Shown: positions 9,030 to 17,638, counted from the first letter of the stretch. The stretch is 32,000 nt of DNA from Alkalilimnicola ehrlichii MLHE-1 (GCF_000014785.1 NC_008340.1:2730001-2762000); one strand, 5' to 3'. Notes: generated by a model from the sequence alone, not told the origin. Made by a program: numbers and translations.

Positions 9030-9760
9030 CCGGCCTCCAGCCGGCCGTCGGCCAGGTTAAGCATCCGGTCACAGCGCCCGCCCACCGCCGGGTCGTGGGT
9101 GACCAGCACCAGGGTGGTGCCCTGCTCCTCGTTCAGCCGGAAGAGCAGATCGGCCACCTGCTCGCCGGTGCGGCGGTCCAGGTTGCCGGTGGGCTCGTCG
9201 CCCATCAGCACGCTGGGCCCGGTCACCAGGGCACGGGCGATGGCCACCCGCTGCTGCTCGCCGCCGGAGAGCTGGCGGGGGTAGTGGTGCAGCCGCCCGC
9301 CCAGGCCCACCCGCCGCAGGGCCTCCTCGGCCCGCGCCCCGGCCCGGACGCCACCGGCGAGTTCCAGCGGCAGCATGACGTTCTCCAGGGCGTTGAGCCC
9401 GCCCAGGAGGTGAAAAGCCTGGAAGACGAAGCCCAGGTGTTCACCGCGCACCCGGGCCCGTTGGTCCTCGTCCAGCGCGGTGAGTTCATTGCCCGCCAGC
9501 CAGACCCGACCGGCGGTGGGCACATCCAGCCCCGCGAGCAGTCCAAGGAGGGTGGACTTGCCTGAACCGGAGGCGCCCAGGATGGCCACGGAGCGCCCCC
9601 GGGGAATGCTAAGATCGACCCCGTCGAACAGCCGGATCTCACCGTCCGGGCCGGAAAAGCGCATGCTCAGGCCCTCGGTGCGCAAAACCGGCGTGCCGGC
9701 GCTCGCGCTGCCGGCCCCGGGGTCGGCCGTGTCGCTGGCCAGAATGGAGGTTTCCGTCAT
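9026..9760 (-). CDS. ybbA: ABC transporter ATP-binding protein YbbA
   Basis: Walker A GASGSGKST, Q-loop, signature LSGGEQQRVAIARAL, Walker B VLMGDEPTGNLD, and H-loop VTHD. It is collinear with my recollection of E. coli YbbA. I chose the internal ATG at 9760 (MTETSILAS...); the track start at 9835 would run through tesA. Confidence 0.9.
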   Translation of the reverse strand: MTETSILASDTADPGAGSASAGTPVLRTEGLSMRFSGPDGEIRLFDGVDLSIPRGRSVAILGASGSGKSTLLGLLAGLDVPTAGRVWLAGNELTALDEDQRARVRGEHLGFVFQAFHLLGGLNALENVMLPLELAGGVRAGARAEEALRRVGLGGRLHHYPRQLSGGEQQRVAIARALVTGPSVLMGDEPTGNLDRRTGEQVADLLFRLNEEQGTTLVLVTHDPAVGGRCDRMLNLADGRLEAG

Positions 9761-10373
9761 GCTGCTGCGTCTCCTGCTGATTGTCCTGTTACTGGGCACG
9801 GCCACCGCCTCGCCGGCGGAGGAAGCCCCGCGCATCGCGGTGCTCGGCGACAGCCTGAGCGCCGCCTACGGCCTGGAGCGCGAGCGTGAGGGCTGGGTGA
9901 CGCTGCTGCAGGACCGACTGACAGCCGAGGGCCACCCGCATCAGGTTATCAATGCTGCCACCAGCGGCGATACGACCCGCCAGGCCCTCAACCGGCTCGC
10001 CCCCCTGCTGGAGGCGCACAGCCCCGAAGTGCTGGTGGTGCAACTGGGCGGCAACGACGGCCTGCGCGCCCTGCCCCCGGCGGAGACACGGCGCAACCTG
10101 TCGGCCATTATCGAGATGGGACAGTCGGCGGGGGCAGAGGTTCTGCTCGTGGGTATACGGCTGCCGCCCAATTACGGGCCGGCCTATAACCAACGCTTCG
10201 AGGCCCTGTTCCATGAACTGGCCGAGGACTACGACGTGCCGCTGGTCCCCTTCCTGCTGGAAGGTATCGCCACCGATGATGCCCTGATGCAGGACGACCG
10301 CATCCACCCCAACGCCAAGGCCCAGCCGAAGATGCTGGAGTTGGTGTGGCCGGAGCTGGTGCCGTTGCTCTGA
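9759..10373 (+). CDS. tesA: SGNH/GDSL arylesterase / acyl-CoA thioesterase I (TesA)
   Basis: ATG at 9759. MLLRLLLIVLLLGTATA is a signal peptide. Block I IAVLGDSLSAAYG, ATSGDTT, block III LGGNDGLR, and block V DRIHPN. It is highly collinear with my recollection of E. coli TesA and divergent from ybbA as in enterobacteria. Confidence 0.88.
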   Translation: MLLRLLLIVLLLGTATASPAEEAPRIAVLGDSLSAAYGLEREREGWVTLLQDRLTAEGHPHQVINAATSGDTTRQALNRLAPLLEAHSPEVLVVQLGGNDGLRALPPAETRRNLSAIIEMGQSAGAEVLLVGIRLPPNYGPAYNQRFEALFHELAEDYDVPLVPFLLEGIATDDALMQDDRIHPNAKAQPKMLELVWPELVPLL

Positions 10374-10384
10374 CCGGCCCGGGA

Positions 10385-10629
10385 TTGCCGTCACAGGCAC
10401 CCCGACATGGACTGCCGCGCCCCTGCGGGGGCGCGAATCAGCGAGGAACGGGGCACCCCCGTCATCGCGAGGGCCGAAGGCCCGTGGCGATCCAGAGGGG
10501 TAGACTGCCGCGTCGGCTTCGCCTCCTCGCAGTGACGGTGGGGGTGTCCCTCCCCGCCGTGACGGTGGGGCCCACCACCCCCGTCATCGCGAGGAGCGCA
10601 GCGACGCGGCGATCCAGGCGGCTGCAGAG
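10385..10629. repeat. REP/BIME-like palindromic repeat cluster 1
   Basis: Contains the units CCCCCGTCATCGCGAGGGCCGAAGGCCCGTGGCGATCCA, its convergent partner ...GACTGCCGCGTCGGCTTCGCCTCCTCGCAGTGACGGTGGGGG, and GTCATCGCGAGGAGCGCAGCGACGCGGCGATCCA. It lies between the convergent tesA and rdgC. Confidence 0.9.
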
Positions 10630-11628
10630 CTAGGCGCGAGGCGTGGCGCTACCGGTGATGCCGTCCTCGCTGGCCAGGGTGGCCTCTTCGTCCGGAGACG
10701 AGGGGCGGTCCTCTTCCGCCGGCCCCTGCCGTTCACCACCGAACAGTTCCATCAGCCGCGGGTAGAACCGCTGCAGCTCGAGGCTCATCAGGGAGAAGTC
10801 CACGTCCAGGCGCTCTTCCGGGGTCTCGGCCTCCTCCTCGGCGGCCTGCTCCTGCACCATGTCCAGAAACTTCAGGCGCTTGACCACCAGGCCGGCGTCC
10901 AGCACGCAGGAGAGGCGCTCGCCCCAGGTCAGGGCCAGGGTGCGCACCCGCTTGCCCGCCTGGATGTGGGCGCGCATCTCCTCGGCCACCAGGTCCTGGC
11001 GCTTGACCCGCACCTCGCAGCCCTCGGCGCGGGGGTCCTCCAGCACCGCCTCCTCGCCCAGCTCGACGTCACCGGGGATATCGTCCTCGGCCAGCCAGCG
11101 GGTCATCACCGCCTGCGGGCTTTCCTTCGTCTCCGGCAGGGCCACCGGCAGGGTGCCCAGGGCCTCGCGCAGGTGCTCGACGAAGTCCTCGGCGGCACGG
11201 GCGCTGGCGGTGTCCACCACCAGCCAGCCGTCGCGGGCGTCAATGTAGCCCCAGGTGCGGCGGTGGCGGCTGAAGGCACGGGGCAGCAGGTCGAGGATCA
11301 CCTCCTCCTTGAGCTGGTCCTTCTCGCGCCGGCGCACCTTACGGCTCTCCTTGTGCTCGATCTCGCCGACCTTCTCGTCCAGGGCGTCGCGGATGACCGA
11401 GGCGGGCAGGAGTTTGCTCTCCTCGTGCAGGCAGAGCAGGTGGAAATTGCCGACGGAGTGGGTCAACGGCGCATCCGGCCGGCCCATGGGCGGCACCCAC
11501 CCCACCCGCTGCATCTCGAACCGGGCGGCGGGCTCCCAGGCAAAGGCGGCCAGCGCCTCCTGCAGGCCCTCGGCCGTCTCGCGCAGGGGGGATTGGAGCT
11601 TGTAGAGGGTGAGGTTCTTGAACCACAT
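10630..11628 (-). CDS. rdgC: Recombination-associated protein RdgC
   Basis: The internal ATG at 11628 gives MWFKNLTLYKLQSPL..., the hallmark RdgC N-terminus. Also GWVPPMG, LLPRAFSRHRRT and VKRLKF blocks are collinear with my recollection of E. coli RdgC. The upstream part of the track ORF lies in repeat sequence. Confidence 0.9.
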   Translation of the reverse strand: MWFKNLTLYKLQSPLRETAEGLQEALAAFAWEPAARFEMQRVGWVPPMGRPDAPLTHSVGNFHLLCLHEESKLLPASVIRDALDEKVGEIEHKESRKVRRREKDQLKEEVILDLLPRAFSRHRRTWGYIDARDGWLVVDTASARAAEDFVEHLREALGTLPVALPETKESPQAVMTRWLAEDDIPGDVELGEEAVLEDPRAEGCEVRVKRQDLVAEEMRAHIQAGKRVRTLALTWGERLSCVLDAGLVVKRLKFLDMVQEQAAEEEAETPEERLDVDFSLMSLELQRFYPRLMELFGGERQGPAEEDRPSSPDEEATLASEDGITGSATPRA

Positions 11629-11654
11629 GGCGTGTGCATCCGCTGCGAAGGGAA

Positions 11655-12350
11655 AGCGGGACATTATGCGAGTCGCGCTGCGACGGGACAACCAGGCGTG
11701 GCAATCCAGGCCGGCGGGTGGATCGCCACGTCGCTGCGCTCCTCGCGATGACGGGGGTGGCGCCCCCACCGTCACTGCGAGCGCGGCCCCACCCCCACCG
11801 TCACTGCGAGGAGGCGAAGCCGACGCGGCAGTCTACCGCCCTGGATCGCCACGGGCCTGCGGCCCTCTTGATGAACATGGCCAGACGCTGCGGGCGCCCC
11901 CTACCCTCACTGCGAGCGCGGACCCACCCCCACCGTCACTGCGAGGAGGCGAAGCCGACGTGGCAGTCTACCGCCCTGGATCGCCGCGGGCCTTCGGCCC
12001 TCGCGATGACGGGTGGGGCGCCCCCTCGCGATGACGACCAAAAACCCGCGGCGCTCGCCATGGCAGCTCCGCTGTTCTTCCCTGATTCGGGCCCGCGCAG
12101 CGGGGAGGGGGGCTCGCGATGACCGGGAGTGCCCCGTTCCTCGTTGATTCGGGCCCGCGCAGCGGGAGGGGGGCTCGCGATGACCGGGAGTGCCCCGTTC
12201 CTCGTTGATTCGGGCCCGCGCAGCGGGAGGGGGGCTCGCGATGACGGGGTGGTGACCCCCACCGTCACTGCGAGCCCCGAAGGGGCGCGGCAGTCCAGGC
12301 CGGCGGGTGGATCGCCGCGTCGCTGCGCTCGCGATGACGGGGGTTGGAGG
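11655..12350. repeat. REP/BIME-like repeat cluster 2 (about 0.7 kb, includes a 61-62 bp tandem triplet at 12084-12245)
   Basis: Multiple copies of CCTCGCGATGAC / GTCACTGCGAGG units in both orientations, for example TGGATCGCCACGTCGCTGCGCTCCTCGCGATGACGGGGG. The unit GATTCGGGCCCGCGCAGCGGGAGGGGGGCTCGCGATGACCGGGAGTGCCCCGTTCCTCGTT occurs three times. Confidence 0.9.
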
Positions 12351-12358
12351 CTTGCATT

Positions 12359-12850
12359 TCAGTTCAACCACCAGATGGCGCCATTGAGCACTGCGGCGAA
12401 GGCCACCCACAGCGCGTAAGGCACGAACAGGATGGCGGCCCAGCGATCCACCGGTGCGAATTGCCGGATGCAGGCCAGCAACACCAGAAAGAGCAGACCG
12501 ATCCAGACCAGCGCCGCTCCCGGCGCCTGCAGGCCGAAGAAGATCACCGACCAGCACAGGTTCATCACCAGCTGCAGCCCCCAGAGCGCCAGCACGCCCC
12601 GCCCCTGCACCCAGCCCAGCACCCGCCACAGACGCCAGCCGGCGATGGCAATGGCCAGGTAGAGCGCCGTCCAGACCGGACCGAAGAGCCAGTCCGGGGG
12701 GTTGAACGGTGGCTTGGCCAGGTCGCGATACCAATCGTCCAGGCCGGTGGCGGTCACCGCCCCACCCAGGGAGGAGACCACCAGCACCAGGAACAGGAAG
12801 GCCAGCAGCATCGGGAAGTGGTGCCGGGGATTGGTCTGCATTGGGGTCAT
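12359..12850 (-). CDS. tspO: TspO/MBR family tryptophan-rich sensory protein
   Basis: The internal ATG at 12850 gives MTPMQTNPRHHFPMLLAFLFLVLVVSSLGG. Motifs WYRDLAKPPFNPPDWLFGPVWTALYLAIAIAGWRLW and FVPYALWVAFAAVLNGAIWWLN are diagnostic TspO motifs. There are 5 TM helices in about 163 aa. Confidence 0.9.
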   Translation of the reverse strand: MTPMQTNPRHHFPMLLAFLFLVLVVSSLGGAVTATGLDDWYRDLAKPPFNPPDWLFGPVWTALYLAIAIAGWRLWRVLGWVQGRGVLALWGLQLVMNLCWSVIFFGLQAPGAALVWIGLLFLVLLACIRQFAPVDRWAAILFVPYALWVAFAAVLNGAIWWLN

Positions 12851-12892
12851 AGTCCGTTGCTTCAGGATTGCCTCGAAAATACCAGACCGGGG

Positions 12893-13506
12893 CGTGGATC
12901 GCCGCGTCGCTGCGAAAGCCGACCCGTCCCCCACCGTCATTGCGAGGGCCGCAGGCCCCGTGGTGACCCAGGGCGGTAGACTGCCACGTCGGCTTCGCCT
13001 CCTCGCAGTGACGGTGGGGGCGACCTGCCGCTTCCGGCTCAGTCAAGTTCTTCAAGAGGGCCGAAGGCTTTCCCCCGTCGTCGCGAGGGCCGAAGGCCCG
13101 TGGCGATCCAGGGCGGTAGACTGCCACGTCGGCTTCGCCTCCTCGCAGTGACGGTGGGGGCGACCTGCCGCTTCCGGCTCAGTCAAGTTCTTCAAGAGGG
13201 CCGAAGGCTTTCCCCCGTCGTCGCGAGGGCCGAAGGCCCGTGGCGATCCAGGGCGGTAGACTGCCACGTCGCTTCGCTCCTCGCAGTAACGGTGGGGGCC
13301 ACTACCACCCCGTCATCGCGAGGAGCGCAGCGACGCGGCGATCCAGACGCCGGCATGGACTGCCACGCCCCTTCGGGGCTCGCAGTGACGGTGGGGATGG
13401 GACCGCGCTCGCAGTGACGGTGGGGATGGGACCGCGCTCGCAGTGACGGCGGGGGTGGCCCGCCCCTTGGCTGCACAGTCCAGTTCTTCAAGAGCCGCGC
13501 GATGAC
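12893..13506. repeat. REP/BIME-like repeat cluster 3 (includes a perfect 140-bp tandem duplication at 12971-13250 and a 31-bp tandem at about 13378-13445)
   Basis: 12971-13110 and 13111-13250 are identical by direct reading. A diverged partial third copy follows from 13251. The same unit types as the other clusters are present. It lies between the divergent tspO and fumA. Confidence 0.95.
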
Positions 13507-13556
13507 AGCCCAAGGCCCGCCAACACCATGTTGCCACGGACAAAACCCGCCGGCTG

Positions 13557-13565
13557 TGGTATAAC
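13557..13565 (+). promoter_or_regulatory. Candidate extended -10 element (TGgTATAAC) for the fumarase gene
   Basis: TGGTATAAC lies about 59 nt upstream of the ATG at 13624. No good -35 is present at 17 bp (TTGCCA lies 23 nt upstream). Confidence 0.3.
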
Positions 13566-13623
13566 CTGCCGCGCGAACACCCGACGCACAGACGACTATA
13601 AAGACACGCCCCGGAGGACGCCC

Positions 13624-15141
13624 ATGGCTACCATCCGCCAGGATGACTTCATCCAGAGCATCGCCGATGCGCTGCAGTATATCTCCTACTACCACCCCAA
13701 GGACTTCATCGACGCCGCCCACGAGGCCTGGGAGCGGGAGGAATCGCCGGCCGCCAAGGATGCCCTGGCGCAGATCCTGATCAACTCGCGCATGTGCGCC
13801 GAGGGCCGCCGGCCCATCTGCCAGGATACCGGCATCGTCACGGTGATCCTCAAGATCGGCATGAACGTCCAGTGGGACGCCGAGATGAGTGTGGAGGACA
13901 TGGTCAACGAGGGCGTGCGCCGGGCCTACAACCTGCCCGACAACAAGCTGCGCGCCTCCATCCTGGCCGACCCGGCCGGCGAGCGGAAGAACACCGGCGA
14001 CAACACCCCGGCGGTGATCCACATGAGCCTGGTACCGGGGGACACCGTGGACGTGCAGGTGGCGGCCAAGGGGGGCGGCTCCGAGGCCAAGACCAAGTTC
14101 GCCATGCTCAACCCCTCCGACTCCATCGTCGACTGGGTACTGGAACAGGTGCCGAAGATGGGCGCCGGCTGGTGCCCGCCGGGCATCCTGGGCATCGGCA
14201 TCGGCGGTACCGCGGACAAGGCGATGCTGATGGCCAAGGAGGCCTGCATGGAGTCCATCGACATCCACGAGCTGAAGGCCCGCGGCCCACGGAACACCGC
14301 CGAGGAACTGCGTCTGGAGCTGTTCGACAAGGTCAACGAGCTGGGCATCGGCGCCCAGGGCCTGGGCGGGCTGACCACGGTGCTGGATATCAAGATCCGC
14401 GACTACCCCACCCACGCGGCCAACAAGCCCGTGGCGATGATCCCCAACTGCGCGGCCACCCGCCACGCCCACTTCGTGCTGGACGGCTCCGGGGTGGCGG
14501 ACCTGCCGGCGCCCAAGCTGGAGGATTGGCCGCAGGTGGCCCGCGAGGGCGGCGGCGACGTCAAGCGGGTCAACCTCGACGAGGTGACCACCGAGGAGGC
14601 GCGAAGCTGGAAGCCGGGTGACACCCTGCTGGTCTCCGGCACCATCCTCACCGGCCGCGATGCCGCCCACAAGCGCATGACCGACATGCTGAGCCGGGGA
14701 GAAGAGCTGCCGGTGGACCTGAAGGGCAAGTTCATCTACTACGTGGGCCCGGTGGACCCGGTGCGCGACGAGCCCGTGGGCCCGGCCGGCCCCACCACCG
14801 CCACCCGGATGGACAAGTTCACCGATCAGATGCTGGCCGAGACCGGCCTGATGGGCATGATCGGCAAGGCCGAGCGCGGCCCCGAGGCGGTGGCGGCCAT
14901 CCGTAAGCACGGCGCGGTCTACCTGATCGCCGTGGGCGGTGCCGCCTACCTGGTCTCCAAGGCCATCCGCAAGGCCCGGGTGGTGGCCTTCGAGGACCTG
15001 GGCATGGAGGCCATCCACGAATTTGAGGTGGAGGACATGCCGGTGACGGTGGCGGTGGACAGCCGTGGCGAATCGGTGCACGAAGCCGGCCCCCGCGAGT
15101 GGCAGGCCCGGATCAAGGGCATCCCCGTCACCGAGGCCTGA
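13624..15141 (+). CDS. fumA: Class I (Fe-S dependent) fumarate hydratase
   Basis: The ATG at 13624 is preceded by GGAGGA. MATIRQDDFIQSIADALQYISYYHPKDFI..., the CQDTGIV cluster-ligand motif, GGGSEAKTKF, PPGILGIGIGGTADKA, and the C-terminal beta-domain GTILTGRDAAHKRM...YYVGP. 505 aa, matching the single-polypeptide class I enzymes. Confidence 0.95.
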   Translation: MATIRQDDFIQSIADALQYISYYHPKDFIDAAHEAWEREESPAAKDALAQILINSRMCAEGRRPICQDTGIVTVILKIGMNVQWDAEMSVEDMVNEGVRRAYNLPDNKLRASILADPAGERKNTGDNTPAVIHMSLVPGDTVDVQVAAKGGGSEAKTKFAMLNPSDSIVDWVLEQVPKMGAGWCPPGILGIGIGGTADKAMLMAKEACMESIDIHELKARGPRNTAEELRLELFDKVNELGIGAQGLGGLTTVLDIKIRDYPTHAANKPVAMIPNCAATRHAHFVLDGSGVADLPAPKLEDWPQVAREGGGDVKRVNLDEVTTEEARSWKPGDTLLVSGTILTGRDAAHKRMTDMLSRGEELPVDLKGKFIYYVGPVDPVRDEPVGPAGPTTATRMDKFTDQMLAETGLMGMIGKAERGPEAVAAIRKHGAVYLIAVGGAAYLVSKAIRKARVVAFEDLGMEAIHEFEVEDMPVTVAVDSRGESVHEAGPREWQARIKGIPVTEA

Positions 15142-15146
15142 GTGCG

Positions 15147-15171
15147 TGCCGCCCGGCACGACCGGGCGGCA
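15147..15171 (+). terminator. Hairpin just after the fumarase stop (candidate terminator, weak U-tract)
   Basis: TGCCGCCCGG-cacga-CCGGGCGGCA, a perfect 10-bp stem starting 6 nt after the stop. It is followed by TCCGCCTTCC. Confidence 0.45.
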
Positions 15172-15282
15172 TCCGCCTTCCCCCTGCGGCCCCGCTCGGA
15201 GCCGATGATGGACATTTGCCCTGGATCAAGCTTTCCGGCACTGCTATAGGTGTCATTGACGCTCAGCGCCGATTACAGGGGA

Positions 15283-16080
15283 ATGGCCATGACCGACACA
15301 CCCTCACCGCCGCGGCCGCCGGAGGAGCTGCCCATGCTGGCGCCGTGCCACGACGTCGCGGCCGACGCCCCCTTGCGCTGGATGCAGCGCGGCTGGGCGG
15401 ATCTGCGGGCGGCACCCCGCCAGAGCCTGCTCTTCGGGGTGATGACGGTGGTGCTGAGCTACCTGGTCACCGCAGCCACCTGGGTGTACGGCAACATCGG
15501 GCTCTACCTCGGTCTGGTCTCCGGGTTCGTGTTCGTGGCACCGTTGTTGGCGCTCACCGTGTACGCCATCAGCCTGCAGCTCGAGCGGGGGCGCCCCCCG
15601 TCCCTGCGGCGCAGCCTGCGCAGTGCCGTGCAGTCGCTGCGGGGTGCGATGTTCTTCGCCGTGATCCTGGTGATAGTGCTGCTGGTCTGGGCGCGGGCGG
15701 CGAATACCCTGTACATCTTCTTCCCTGACACCGCCGACCCGGCCCTCGCCGATCTAGTGCTCTTTCTGGGCATCGGCAGCGTGGTGGGGGCGCTGTTCAG
15801 TCTGGTGGTCTTCGCGGCCAGCGCCTTTTCGCTGCCGATGCTGGTGGAGCGCCGAACCGACGCCATCACCGCGGTGGTGACCAGCGTCAACGCGGTGCTG
15901 CGGAACAAGCGGACCATGCTGGTCTGGGCGCTGATGATCGCCGCCTGCGTGGCGGTGGCCATCGTCACCGCCTGGCTGGCCTTTGTGGTGCTGATGCCGC
16001 TGCTGGGGCACGCCACCTGGCACGCCTACCGCGAGACCATCGACGCCTCGGAGTGGCCGTTGCTGGAGCAGGAGGCGTAG
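15283..16080 (+). CDS. DUF2189-like integral membrane protein
   Basis: The ATG at 15283 follows AGGGGA. The N-terminal pattern APLRWMQRGWADLRAAPRQSLLFGVMTVVLSYL, followed by several TM helices, matches my recollection of the DUF2189 family. The function is unknown. Confidence 0.65.
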   Translation: MAMTDTPSPPRPPEELPMLAPCHDVAADAPLRWMQRGWADLRAAPRQSLLFGVMTVVLSYLVTAATWVYGNIGLYLGLVSGFVFVAPLLALTVYAISLQLERGRPPSLRRSLRSAVQSLRGAMFFAVILVIVLLVWARAANTLYIFFPDTADPALADLVLFLGIGSVVGALFSLVVFAASAFSLPMLVERRTDAITAVVTSVNAVLRNKRTMLVWALMIAACVAVAIVTAWLAFVVLMPLLGHATWHAYRETIDASEWPLLEQEA

Positions 16081-16095
16081 GGCGGCACCAGGTCA

Positions 16096-16290
16096 ACCGT
16101 CACCGCGAGGTTTGGAGCGCCGCGGCGATCCACACACCGGCATGGACTGCCGCGCCCCCTGCGGGGGCTCGCAGTGACGTGGTGGGGGCATTCCACCGTC
16201 ATCGCGAGGGCCGGAGGCCCGTGGCGATCCAGGGCGGTGGACTGCCGCGTCGCTTCGCTCCTCGCAGTGACGGTGGGGGCGGACTGCCGG
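16096..16290. repeat. REP/BIME-like repeat cluster 4
   Basis: GTCACCGCGAGG...GGCGATCCACACACCGGCATGGACTGCCGCGCCCCCTGCGGGGGCTCGCAGTGAC and GTCATCGCGAGGGCCGGAGGCCCGTGGCGATCCAGGGCGGTGGACTGCCGCGTCGCTTCGCTCCTCGCAGTGACGGTGGGGG. It lies between convergent genes. Confidence 0.9.
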
Positions 16291-16291
16291 C

Positions 16292-17524
16292 TCAGGCTTC
16301 GCCCATCAGGGCCTTTTCCAGGGCTTCCAGCTCCATGCGGGCGGCGTGGAGCACCTCCAGGTCAGCCTCCGGGCCGTCGCCCGGCAATTGCAGCCGGGTG
16401 AGTGCCGGGGTGGCGTGCAGGGTCTTCATGGCCGCTTCGTCCCCGGCGTTGGCATCGCAGAAGAGCCGCGCGACGATGACCGCGTCGGCCAGGTCGGCCG
16501 GGCCGTCGTGTGCCCGCATGGGATCGGCCATCTGTTCGGGCACCTCGGCCAACGCCTCGTCAAACTCCCAGGCCTCCAACACCTCGCGCCCCACCATGCC
16601 GCTCAGGCCTTCGATGACCTCGGCCAACCCCTGGCTGTCGTGGATGCCGGCCCGCTCGGCGAACATCACGATGGGCACGATGCCGATGGAATGGGTCAGG
16701 CCGGCGAGCAGGCAGCGGTCGCGGTCGAGACCGGCCGCCGAGCGCTGGGCGATCACGGCGGCGGTCACCGAGGCGCAGACGCTGTGGCGCCAGGTCCGCT
16801 TGAGCAGCCGGCGGGCGGAGGGGCTCTGGCGCTCGAAGGGTGCGGACAGGGTCATCGCCAGAGCGAGTTTTTTCACGGTGATGAACCCGAGCATGGCCAC
16901 CGCCTCACGCAGACTGCTGACCGACCCGGCACTGCGCCGGTAGACGGGGCTGTTGGAGGCCTGGATGACCCGCGCCGCCACGGAAGGATCCAGCCGCACG
17001 ATGTCGCTCAGCGCCTCCAGGTCCGCCTCTTCCTCGGGCAACGCCTTCAGACGCATGGTGATCTCCGGCATCACCGGCAGTTCCAGGGAGCCGTCGTGCA
17101 GGTGGTGCAGGATGCGCTGAAAGAGCCGCATGCCGCTCTCGTCCACCTGGACCTCGCGGACGTCGTAGCCGGCGTTGCGCTCCTCGTCGGCCAGCACATC
17201 GAACAGCGGCCGCGGCAGGCGCAGGATGATGCAGTCCCGATCGGCACGGGCCACGGTCTGGCGAGGCCGCCCGTCGAACAACGGCTGGCAGGCGCCATCG
17301 TCGTCCCCTTTGATGCGCTCGGCCCCTCCCCCTCTAGAGACAAGCGTGAGCTGGCCTTCCAGCAGGTAGACCAGGTTCCTGTCCTCGTTGGGGGCCTGCA
17401 GGGTCTCGCCGCGATGGACGCGGGCCAGTTCCCCTTTCTCCCTGAGGCGGCTCAGACGCTCACCGCTCAGTTCATTGAGCGGCGTCAGCTTGGCGAGGCG
17501 GGCTTCATCCGGTATCGCGATCAT
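16292..17524 (-). CDS. Cyclic-nucleotide-binding domain plus HDOD domain signalling protein
   Basis: The N-terminal cNMP-binding-like beta-roll is LNELSGERLSRL...RVHRGETLQAP...LVYLLEGQLTL. The central and C-terminal HDOD part is LPVMPEITMRLKAL...IVRLDPSVAARVIQASNSPVYRR...VSSLREAVAMLGFITVKKLALAMTL...HSIGIVPIV. Confidence 0.85.
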   Translation of the reverse strand: MIAIPDEARLAKLTPLNELSGERLSRLREKGELARVHRGETLQAPNEDRNLVYLLEGQLTLVSRGGGAERIKGDDDGACQPLFDGRPRQTVARADRDCIILRLPRPLFDVLADEERNAGYDVREVQVDESGMRLFQRILHHLHDGSLELPVMPEITMRLKALPEEEADLEALSDIVRLDPSVAARVIQASNSPVYRRSAGSVSSLREAVAMLGFITVKKLALAMTLSAPFERQSPSARRLLKRTWRHSVCASVTAAVIAQRSAAGLDRDRCLLAGLTHSIGIVPIVMFAERAGIHDSQGLAEVIEGLSGMVGREVLEAWEFDEALAEVPEQMADPMRAHDGPADLADAVIVARLFCDANAGDEAAMKTLHATPALTRLQLPGDGPEADLEVLHAARMELEALEKALMGEA

Positions 17525-17609
17525 AGTGAGGGTTACTTCACCGCGGGTACGTGTTTAAGGCGTCATATTGCCACACCTGGCGGCGCTTTTCCGTCAACCG
17601 CCGTCGCGG

Positions 17610-17638
17610 TTTAACTGCCCCGGCCGGGCGCGTATACT
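17610..17638 (+). promoter_or_regulatory. Candidate sigma70 promoter for slyD (TTTAAC-N17-TATACT)
   Basis: The -10 element TATACT (5/6 match) is at 17633-17638. The -35 element TTTAAC (3/6 match) is at 17610-17615 with a 17-nt spacer. It lies about 36 nt upstream of the ATG. Confidence 0.35.

Noticed and set aside
7450-9072. 540-aa ORF on the minus strand, plus the 332-aa and 410-aa plus-strand ORFs at 6594-7592 and 8052-9284
   Set aside because: These are off-frame or antisense overlaps of ybbP and ybbA. The translations are Pro/Arg/Gly-rich, characteristic of wrong-frame reading of GC-rich coding DNA.
11907-13127. 406-aa minus-strand ORF, plus many 60-160 aa ORFs in 10346-10633, 11609-12419, 12702-13446, 16053-16401, 19498-19913 and 27150-27654
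   Set aside because: They are read through REP repeat clusters, and in one case off-frame through tspO. They consist of reiterated repeat-encoded peptides (VIARAEGPWRSRAVDCHVGFASSQ, HCEEAKPTWQSTALDRHG, RCAPRDDG). These are phantom ORFs.
10385-13506. Possibility that the repeat clusters are CRISPR arrays
   Set aside because: The repeat units occur in both orientations. The spacers between them are irregular in length and are themselves repeated. No cas genes or leader are present. The architecture is REP/BIME-like, not CRISPR.
13192-15159. 655-aa ORF on the minus strand
   Set aside because: It is entirely antisense to the unmistakable class I fumarase gene and runs on into REP repeats. Its composition is Gly/Ala/His/Val-rich with no motifs. 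This is the typical long antisense open frame of a high-GC gene.
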